Of a stretch of DNA of 64,000 bases, positions 18,929 to 25,710 are shown piece by piece. A program made the translations under genes and the position numbers. The stretch is from Syntrophobacteraceae bacterium (GTDB taxonomy: Bacteria; Desulfobacterota; Syntrophobacteria; Syntrophobacterales; Syntrophobacteraceae): the NCBI GenBank assembly GCA_003165235.1, contig PLSV01000201.1, positions 1,488 through 65,487 of the forward strand, given 5' to 3'. Within the stretch, counting starts at the first letter, position 1; each line of letters begins with the position of its first letter. A model generated the notes under the pieces. That model worked only from the letters and a program-made list of their open reading frames with translations. It was not told where the DNA came from and made no database searches.

Positions 18929-20092
18929 TCATTTCGCCAGCGCCCATTTGCCGTCCTTCACCACGATCATTTCCAGGTCCTCCTTGCTGAGGCCGTTGTG
19001 GTCCTGGGCAGACATGTTGAAGACTCCGTGCATGCCTACGAAACCCTTTGTGTTCTCGATATGGTCCCGGATCTTTGCGGGATCGGACCCAACCGCTCTA
19101 AGCGCCGATACGGCCAGGTTCATCGAATCCCAAGCATGCCCGCCAAACGAGGAGACAGGCTCCTTGAAGAGATCCTCATAAGCCTTCTTATACTCCAATA
19201 TGACTTCTTTCTGCGGCTGATTATCGGGCAGTAGATCGCCCACATTAACCCTGGCCAGAGGAAGGAGGACCCCTTCGGCAGCCTTGCCGGCAAGCTCCAG
19301 GTTTTTCAAGTTCCCAAAACCGTGGCTCTGGAAAAATGGGATCGAATCCATAGCCAAATCGCGCCAGCTCTTGATCGCCAGAATCTGTGTAGGCCCTATG
19401 GACCAGTTTACGATGGCCTGGGGCTGCGTGGATCGGATTTTGGTCATCTGCGCAGAAAGGTCGGTATCCTGAGGACCATAGCGCTCGTCGGCCACAATGG
19501 TAACGCCATTTTCGCCCGCGAGCCTCAACAACTCCTCTCGTCCGCTGGCTCCAAATCCGTCAGAGACGGTCATGATGGCAACCTTTTTAATCCCTTTGGC
19601 CTTCATGTAATCGTACATTTTTTCCACGACGTGACTATCAGAACCAGCGACTTTGAATATCCATCTATGACTCTCAACAGGGGTTACAATTTTGTAGCTG
19701 GCGGCACAAGAAATCAGAGGGACTTGAGCTTCCTCCGCCACACCCACCACCGCGAGGCTTGTTCCGCTGGTGCTCGGACCAATGATCACAGGCGCCTCAT
19801 CTTTTTTTATCAGTTTCTTTACCGACAAATTGCATTTGGTGGCATCGGTCTCGTCATCCTCGATGATCAGTTCAAGAGGATGGCCGTTGATGCCCCCCTG
19901 CCTGTTTATCTCCTCAGCGATCATTTTAGCCGTCTTCTTTTCAGGATCACCCAGAAAGGAGCCGCCGCCGGTGACCGAAAAAACAGCTCCGATCTTGTAA
20001 GGCTCCTTTTGCGAATGCGCTTTTGGCCCTGGAAGCAAAGCCGAGAAAACAAGCGCAATGATCCCCACACCCATTAAGACTCTTGTCTTCAT
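18929..20092 (-). CDS. ABC transporter substrate-binding protein, LivK/branched-chain amino acid type
   Basis: Signal peptide, then YKIGAVFSVTGGGSFLG and PVIIGPSTSGTS typical of Peripla_BP_6/LivK-like proteins. No permease/ATPase genes adjacent. Confidence 0.85.
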   Translation of the reverse strand: MKTRVLMGVGIIALVFSALLPGPKAHSQKEPYKIGAVFSVTGGGSFLGDPEKKTAKMIAEEINRQGGINGHPLELIIEDDETDATKCNLSVKKLIKKDEAPVIIGPSTSGTSLAVVGVAEEAQVPLISCAASYKIVTPVESHRWIFKVAGSDSHVVEKMYDYMKAKGIKKVAIMTVSDGFGASGREELLRLAGENGVTIVADERYGPQDTDLSAQMTKIRSTQPQAIVNWSIGPTQILAIKSWRDLAMDSIPFFQSHGFGNLKNLELAGKAAEGVLLPLARVNVGDLLPDNQPQKEVILEYKKAYEDLFKEPVSSFGGHAWDSMNLAVSALRAVGSDPAKIRDHIENTKGFVGMHGVFNMSAQDHNGLSKEDLEMIVVKDGKWALAK

Positions 20093-20228
20093 TCCACCGC
20101 TCCCTGGCCGTGAATCACATCTGTTTGACCACTTTATAGAAAACGATCCCGCCGGGTGTCAATGCAAATATGCAAAACGGAGCGCGGGCTGCCGGAAGAA
20201 ATATTATTGAAATCCCTGGAACAAAACC

Positions 20229-20248
20229 GGTGTAGAATTTTATCCGAT
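20229..20248 (+). promoter_or_regulatory. conserved 20-nt element, copy 1 (GGTGTAGAATTTTATCCGAT)
   Basis: 18/20 identical to 21869-21888; lies about 70 nt upstream of the NtrC-type regulator start. Confidence 0.35.
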
Positions 20249-20319
20249 TTTTTTCAGAATCTCGTTTACAATCAAGAGCATCTTCGGGTTGTTCGGATTC
20301 TGCTCCGAGAAAGCATACC

Positions 20320-21702
20320 ATGCGCGAAAAACACAAGATTCTGATTGTTGACGACGAGGCCCCCTTCCGCTCAGCATTGCGCCGGCTCCTGGGAAAAACC
20401 AACATCATTCTGGAAGCCGATACCGGAGCAGCCGGGCTAGCGCTTGCCGAGAGCGAAGATCCGGACCTCGTTTTGCTCGATATTGGACTCCCCGACGGAA
20501 GCGGTCTTGACTTGCTGCCACGCTTCAAGGAAATGCTTCCTTCCCCAACCGTTGTCATGATAACGGCATACGATCGGGTAAAAGACGTAGTTATGGCGAT
20601 AAAGAACGGCGCCTTCGACTACCTGGTCAAACCGGTCGACCTCGATGAATTTGAACTGACCATCCAGAACGCCATCGAACACGCCGGTCTAAAAAATGAA
20701 GTAACCCGCCTGCGCCAGGAAGTCCAGAGGCTCCATGGAGTAGATCTGCTGATCGGCAAGGACCATATATTTCTGGAAGCCCAGGTGCTCGCCATAAAGA
20801 GCGCGCAGAGCCGTGACGCGGGTGTTTTGATACAGGGCGAAAGTGGGGCCGGCAAAGAGCTTTTTGCCAGGCTCATTCATACCAGGAGTCCTCGGGCGCC
20901 ATATCCATTCGTGGCGCTCAACTGTGCTGCTTTTTCAACCGAAATCATAGAGAGCGAGCTTTTCGGGTATGAAAGGGGAGCTTTTACTGGCGCCAAAACG
21001 GAAGGCAAAGAAGGGCTGCTCCAAGTTGCGGATGGCGGCACACTGTTTTTGGACGAAATAGTGGATCTCCACCCCGAGATACAGGCTAAGTTGCTTCGGG
21101 TAATGGAAGAAAAGGAATTCTTCGCCGTAGGGGGAACCCGGCAAAAGAAGGTGGACATCCGGATCGTCTCAGCTTGCAACCAGGACCTATGGCATGTGGC
21201 CGAGCAGGGCGGCTTCCGCAAAGATCTCTACTTCAGGCTCGCAACGATAAAGATCAACCTGCCCCCTTTGCGCGAACGGCGCGACGACATCCTTCTGCTG
21301 GCGCGTATATTTATGGAGGAGTTCAACGACAAATACGGAAAGAAGTTCCGAGGCTTCAATCCCAAGGCCGAACAACTTCTGATGAATCATTCGTGGCCCG
21401 GCAACATACGCGAACTGCGCAACACCATCGAACGGGTCATCCTGCTGGAAAATGACGACATGATCGCGGGACGCCATCTTCTCTTTCTCGAACCGGACCG
21501 GATCGAGAAAAGCGCCCTTCAATCGGAAAAGTTCAGCGTGGTCTTGCCCGATGGAGGCGTTGGTCTCGAGGAGATAGAAAAGGAGGTCATTCTTCAGGCG
21601 TTCGAAAAATGCGGCTCCAATAAATCCAAGACGGCGCGGTTCCTCAAACTCCCCCGCCATATACTTCTCTATCGCCTCAAAAAATATGGAATAGAAGTTT
21701 GA
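20320..21702 (+). CDS. sigma-54-dependent response regulator (NtrC family enhancer-binding protein)
   Basis: REC domain (DLVLLDIGLPDGSG), AAA+ domain with Walker A GESGAGKE and GAFTGA loop (ERGAFTGA), C-terminal Fis-type HTH (KSKTARFLKLPRHILLYRLKK). Confidence 0.9.
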   Translation: MREKHKILIVDDEAPFRSALRRLLGKTNIILEADTGAAGLALAESEDPDLVLLDIGLPDGSGLDLLPRFKEMLPSPTVVMITAYDRVKDVVMAIKNGAFDYLVKPVDLDEFELTIQNAIEHAGLKNEVTRLRQEVQRLHGVDLLIGKDHIFLEAQVLAIKSAQSRDAGVLIQGESGAGKELFARLIHTRSPRAPYPFVALNCAAFSTEIIESELFGYERGAFTGAKTEGKEGLLQVADGGTLFLDEIVDLHPEIQAKLLRVMEEKEFFAVGGTRQKKVDIRIVSACNQDLWHVAEQGGFRKDLYFRLATIKINLPPLRERRDDILLLARIFMEEFNDKYGKKFRGFNPKAEQLLMNHSWPGNIRELRNTIERVILLENDDMIAGRHLLFLEPDRIEKSALQSEKFSVVLPDGGVGLEEIEKEVILQAFEKCGSNKSKTARFLKLPRHILLYRLKKYGIEV

Positions 21703-21868
21703 AGCAAATCAGGCGCGGCCACTTGGTCTCTTGCCGCTATTTGGCTTGAACAAAATGCTCCAATACCTTCCAGTTGTGAACAATATCCTACACATTAGAA
21801 GTAAGGCCTTGAATTAATTTATTTTTTCAAGCCCGCCCCCGCATCCCTGCCGACCAATAACCCGAACA

Positions 21869-21888
21869 GGTGTAGAATATTATCCAAT
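21869..21888 (+). promoter_or_regulatory. conserved 20-nt element, copy 2 (GGTGTAGAATATTATCCAAT); candidate UAS
   Basis: 18/20 identical to 20229-20248; 75 nt upstream of the -24 element at 21964; core is an imperfect dyad around AATATT. Confidence 0.35.
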
Positions 21889-21963
21889 AAAGCCTGCTGT
21901 CGATCAAAGAGTCACTCCTCCAGGTGCGGGCTGTTGGCCGCTATCCTGGTCATTTCGCTATCC

Positions 21964-21979
21964 TGGCACGCTGCTTGCT
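21964..21979 (+). promoter_or_regulatory. sigma-54 (-24/-12) promoter
   Basis: TGGCAC-gctgc-TTGCT, an exact match to TGGCAC-N5-TTGCW; 25 nt upstream of GTG 22004 with a GGAGG RBS in between. Confidence 0.75.
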
Positions 21980-22003
21980 TTAAGGAAGGCGACGGAGGCG
22001 AAA

Positions 22004-22477
22004 GTGCGTGTTGAGAATCTTGTGCTCCTTGTCGAAGACGACGCTTCGTTAAAACGCTCTTTGGAAAAATTCCTGGATAGGGCCGGATATGCCTTTCATA
22101 GCTGTTCAACAGCCTCTCAAGCGCTGGCTCTTGCTCAGAAGGCTCCTCCTCATGTCGTGATTCTTGAATATCATCTTCCCGATGCCAATGGCCACTCTCT
22201 TATCGAAAAGCTCAATCTGGTTGCTCCCGATGCCGTTGCGATTGTTCTCTCTGAATACGATTTTCAAGCTGTAGCCGGCGATCTGGATCGAGTGCAGATC
22301 CAAACGTTCCTTAAGAAGCCCTTTGACCTCGTTGACTTTGAAGCTGCTCTGTGTTCGGCCTGCGCTAAAACCAGCATGAATCCAGGGAAGTGTGAATGGC
22401 TGCCCGAAGTGGAACTCGAAGGCGTGCCTGCCTCCAAATTTGTATGGGGAACTCTCAGAAACCGAAGTGAACATTAA
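22004..22477 (+). CDS. stand-alone receiver-domain protein, Glu at the phospho-acceptor position (pseudo-receiver)
   Basis: Acidic pocket LLVEDD, conserved Ser (AIVLSEYD) and Lys-Pro (FLKKPF). Alignment of HVVILEYHLPDANG with DLVLLDIGLPDGSG places Glu55 (22166-22168) where the phosphorylated Asp normally is. Confidence 0.8.
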   Translation: MRVENLVLLVEDDASLKRSLEKFLDRAGYAFHSCSTASQALALAQKAPPHVVILEYHLPDANGHSLIEKLNLVAPDAVAIVLSEYDFQAVAGDLDRVQIQTFLKKPFDLVDFEAALCSACAKTSMNPGKCEWLPEVELEGVPASKFVWGTLRNRSEH

Positions 22478-22496
22478 CATTGGAAATCGCGCTGAA

Positions 22497-22613
22497 GCTC
22501 AAATTTCCAGGTGAAGGTGGATGCTGAAAAAAGAATGCTCAAGTTAATTTTCCCAGGCTCAAGTTCATGTCGCTCTGAAATTATCTCCAAGCTCTGCTCG
22601 AACGGATGCTCAA
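22497..22613 (+). repeat. cluster of GCTCAA / (G/A)ATGCT(G/C)AA short direct repeats in untranslated DNA
   Basis: GCTCAA at 22497, 22537, 22557, 22608; extended GATGCTGAA 22520-22528, AATGCTCAA 22534-22542, GATGCTCAA 22605-22613. Confidence 0.5.
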
Positions 22614-22714
22614 ACTCCTGTGACCAAGTTGATTTCAATTCTCGATCTGTGCTCCTGTTAGTGGTGGAAAGTCGTTCTCTCTTCTAATCGGTTCTGTGAG
22701 TCTCCTCTGTTTCA

Positions 22715-22753
22715 AAAGGCCATAAGGAAACCCCTTATGGCCTTTCACTTTTT
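22715..22753 (+). terminator. rho-independent terminator
   Basis: Perfect 13-bp stem AAAGGCCATAAGG / CCTTATGGCCTTT, 5-nt loop AAACC, then CAC followed by TTTTT. Confidence 0.8.
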
Positions 22754-22904
22754 GCACGCCTGCAGAAACAATCGCCGGTTTGAGTCCCAAACCCGAGTTC
22801 CATATATTATTCTACCTTTAAGTCTTTGCTCGAGACTTGCTTTTTTGAAGAAATGTGTGCGATATTACCCAAGCTTTAGATTTATCCCGATACAGGAGTT
22901 TGGA

Positions 22905-23081
22905 ATGGAACAACGAAAGCTGCAAATAATCGAAAAAATGGAGGAAAAGGGGATGAGCGTTGCCGCCGCCGCTGACGCCATTTCCTTCAATCCCATGATA
23001 CTGGGACTCTATCTTGCAAGGGATCCCTATCCTGTGCCGACCAGGATCCTCGACAAGCTGGAAGGCGTGCTGGCGAACTGA
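22905..23081 (+). CDS. small hypothetical protein (58 aa), possible HTH
   Basis: ATG 22905 has CAGGAG 5 nt upstream; the longer 22737 start lies inside the terminator hairpin. Helical sequence, no family recognised. Confidence 0.4.
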   Translation: MEQRKLQIIEKMEEKGMSVAAAADAISFNPMILGLYLARDPYPVPTRILDKLEGVLAN

Positions 23082-23291
23082 TTTCCCGCTTATGGTTTTA
23101 TCTTGGACCTGCAGCATGTCCAGTTTGTGATTCCCTCAGGATCCGCTGACAATGTTCGCCTCAAGGTTGTATCCGCCGGCGGCGGAACCAAAGCCGATCT
23201 GCTTGCTGAAAAAATGCTCACTCAATTGTAATAATTGACCCGATCCGCACTGAACTTTCTCATAACCACTGCATTCCATCGGAGTGAAACC

Positions 23292-23579
23292 ATGAGCATA
23301 AGGATGCCTTTGAAGTTCGTAGGCAGTTACAAGGTCATTACCCGTCAGGGCGGGGCGGAGAAGCAGGAGTTTTGCCAAAAGCTGGCCATGACGCCCCTGG
23401 CGCGCCAAGACCAGGGCGCGGGTGGCGAAGAGAATTCGCCCACGCACCAGATAACCTACTTTTGCTTTGGCTGCAGGAGAGTCCTGGAAGGCAGGATTAA
23501 GGAGAACCTGGACGATAGGGTCGTTTTTCAGGTTGATGAGCGTGAATACGAGTTCCGCCCGTCTGCCAAAGGTTGCTGA
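23292..23579 (+). CDS. hypothetical protein (95 aa); mutually exclusive with antisense ORF 23136..23771
   Basis: ATG 23292 preceded by GGAGTG with 5-nt spacing; G/C-rich third positions; a plus-strand terminator follows at 23833. An overlapping minus-strand ORF cannot be excluded. Confidence 0.3.
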   Translation: MSIRMPLKFVGSYKVITRQGGAEKQEFCQKLAMTPLARQDQGAGGEENSPTHQITYFCFGCRRVLEGRIKENLDDRVVFQVDEREYEFRPSAKGC

Positions 23580-23832
23580 AATCCGGCGGCGGCGGCCCGC
23601 TATGCGCTCTAAGGACTTTTCCGAGCAAACAGCCTGCAGAAATGAAATGATATATGAGCGCTCCGTGAGGCGTGCATTCACTTCCTTCCTATCCACGCTC
23701 TCCAGGAACATGAGTTGCAGGGATGACCGCGAGTGGTGCAAATCGCCTCGCGGTGACGCAATACGCCTCACCTTTGCAACATAGCGATATTTATAAGTAT
23801 TTTTTGAAAACAGGTAGTCCGGGATAATTACT

Positions 23833-23853
23833 GGCGCAATGTGCGCCTTTTTT
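23833..23853 (+). terminator. short rho-independent terminator candidate
   Basis: GGCGCA-atg-TGCGCC hairpin followed by TTTTTT; T-run only in plus orientation. Confidence 0.45.
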
Positions 23854-23957
23854 ATTCTACCCCACCCATGGCGTTACTCACCGCGCGCTAATGGCGCCTC
23901 TTAAAAATATCTGTCATTTTAAGTAGTTGCATAATTACGTCAAACAAAAAGACCCCT

Positions 23958-23973
23958 TGGCTTGAATCCTGCT
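23958..23973 (+). promoter_or_regulatory. sigma-54 (-24/-12) promoter candidate
   Basis: TGGCTT-gaatc-CTGCT: GG (23959-60) and GC (23971-72) at the canonical 12-nt offset; about 90 nt upstream of ATG 24065; followed by dyad ATGCAA-N6-TTGCAT (23982-23999). Confidence 0.5.
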
Positions 23974-24064
23974 CTGACAGAATGCAAACACAATTGCATG
24001 AGTTCGGTGAGTGAAGTTTTTTAAAGGCCGTTTCCACCATACCTGGAGCAGAAGGAGAGTCATT

Positions 24065-24970
24065 ATGGATGCCAAAGACCGAAAGAAAACAATGCAACCC
24101 GTGATCTTTGCGATGGAAAACGACCAGTGCGTATGGGGTCGGGCGGGGGTGATAAAACCAACCAAGTGCGTAAATGCATTCGACTGTCTGGGCTGCGCCC
24201 TCGATCAGCGAGTGCTGAGCAATTTTGATGAGCAGCGAAAAGCGAGCGGCCAGTCTGGCGGGCGGCCGCCGAGAATGCTGCTGATGATGCGCAAGGGCAA
24301 ATGTCGCCACATGCTGAGCGGCCGAATTCCCTACGGCTCCTGCTCGTATGCCTATGATTGCGTGAGGTGTCCCTTCGACCAGATGATCGAGGACACGAGC
24401 TACCTGCCCAATCTCAAGCGCCCGGAAGTGGAAAGAGCGTCCGGCTTCGACGTTGCGCGAAATTACTACTATCACCACGGCCATAGCTGGGCTCGGGTCG
24501 AATATGGCGGGCGGGTGCGTGTGGGCCTTGATGATTTCTCTCTCAGGCTTCTGGGACCTCAGGACGAGATACAGATACCGGCTCTCGGGTCCACCGTCGG
24601 CCAAAGTCGTCCAGCCGCTGTGTTGAAGCGTTCCGGTAAGGAAGCAGCGAGCCTGTGCCCTGTGGATGGCCAGGTAGTGGCGACCAATCATAACCTTCTG
24701 AAAAGAGCGACCACGGCGAATGATGCGCCATACGCAGAAGGTTGGCTTATGGTAATCCAGCCCAAGGCCCTGCGCAATAACCTCAAAAACCTGTTTTTCG
24801 ACTCGGAGGGTATGGCCTGGATCGACGATGAGGCATCGCGTCTTGGCGGCCTGTTGTCGGGCGTTACCGGTTATCCAACGATGCCAACCGGTGGTGAGGC
24901 GATCAAGGATATTTACGGAACCGTTCCGGAGATCGGCTGGGATCGGCTGGTGCGTGAATTCATGCAATGA
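24065..24970 (+). CDS. GcvH-like (lipoyl/biotinyl-type barrel) protein with Cys-rich N-terminal extension
   Basis: ATG 24065 preceded by GAAGGAGAG. C-terminal half matches glycine-cleavage H fold (YYHHGHSWARVE..., VRVGLDDF, PVDGQVVATN, PYAEGWLMVIQP). N-terminal half has two C-x12-C-x5-C-x2-C-x2-DQ modules. Confidence 0.75.
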   Translation: MDAKDRKKTMQPVIFAMENDQCVWGRAGVIKPTKCVNAFDCLGCALDQRVLSNFDEQRKASGQSGGRPPRMLLMMRKGKCRHMLSGRIPYGSCSYAYDCVRCPFDQMIEDTSYLPNLKRPEVERASGFDVARNYYYHHGHSWARVEYGGRVRVGLDDFSLRLLGPQDEIQIPALGSTVGQSRPAAVLKRSGKEAASLCPVDGQVVATNHNLLKRATTANDAPYAEGWLMVIQPKALRNNLKNLFFDSEGMAWIDDEASRLGGLLSGVTGYPTMPTGGEAIKDIYGTVPEIGWDRLVREFMQ

Positions 24971-25008
24971 CCCCTGCGCCGGATGCACGGTGCCTGATGT
25001 ATGAGTTA

Positions 25009-25055
25009 GGAGTTGTCGGTTTTGAGTTTTTAATTAACGTAAAACCGGCAACTCC
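25009..25055. terminator. 15-bp hairpin between convergent genes (bidirectional terminator candidate, no clear U-tract)
   Basis: GGAGTTGTCGGTTTT pairs with AAAACCGGCAACTCC (one G-U), 17-nt loop; lies between the stops at 24970 (+) and 25070 (-). Confidence 0.45.
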
Positions 25056-25069
25056 AAACTCAAAACTCT

Positions 25070-25630
25070 TCAGTCCCGGCCGAAGATATGCTTGAGGCTT
25101 CTGGAGATTTCGTATTTGCACGCAGTGCAGAATCTCGAAGGCAGGCCATCCAGTTTCTCGATGTTGCTCACGAAAGCCATCAGGCAATCCGGGGTCCGGC
25201 AATGCCCGATTCCCAGCAGATGCCCGGTTTCATGAAGGCCAATCTTGGCGGCCCGCAGATATGTGCGTGCCGAATCTTTATCCATGAGCCGATGAAGAGA
25301 GATTACGGCAGCCTTGCCGCCAAGCTGGGATTCGCCGAACACGAACTTAAGAATCGGCGTGCACAAGTCGCACTTAACGATTCCCAGCTTGAATCGCGAT
25401 CCATCATCGATTGACTCGAGCGCTTTGATTATTGCCCCTGCCGCATATTGGCTGCGCAGGGGAAGGTAGGCATACTCCGGATCAGGGTGCGAGGGCAAGG
25501 TGGCTGCATTGAGGCCGATCAATGTCTGCAGGTTTGCCGCAACGACCGAAACGGCCAGCGCATCCACCCATCCGATGGGAACAATATCAATATGACTTTC
25601 CTCGGACGTTCCGCGTCGATCGCGCGTCAA
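25070..25630 (-). CDS. amzA: archaemetzincin-family zinc metallopeptidase (M54)
   Basis: HETGHLLGIGHCRTPDCLM = HExxHxxGxxHCxxxxCxM, followed by CTAC (CxxC) about 17 residues later; 186 aa. Confidence 0.85.
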   Translation of the reverse strand: MTRDRRGTSEESHIDIVPIGWVDALAVSVVAANLQTLIGLNAATLPSHPDPEYAYLPLRSQYAAGAIIKALESIDDGSRFKLGIVKCDLCTPILKFVFGESQLGGKAAVISLHRLMDKDSARTYLRAAKIGLHETGHLLGIGHCRTPDCLMAFVSNIEKLDGLPSRFCTACKYEISRSLKHIFGRD

Positions 25631-25710
25631 TTGCTGTTACCTCTATTGGGGATAGAAGACCCCTTGTGATTTCTGCGGCGCCTTGGGCAGCGGGGCCCCG
25701 GAGTTTGGCG

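Noticed and set aside
22519-22608. CsrB/RsmY-type protein-sponge interpretation of the 22.5-kb untranslated tract
   Set aside because: Only two clear GGAUG sites and about five GGA triplets are present, far fewer than in known Csr/Rsm sponges, and I saw no csrA gene in the window. It is kept only as a speculative option within the finding.
23888-24988. 366-aa minus-strand ORF covering the GcvH-like gene
   Set aside because: Antisense shadow frame. The translation is Arg/His/Gln-rich with no motif. The plus frame has a recognisable GcvH-type domain, an ordered Cys pattern and a GAAGGAGAG RBS.
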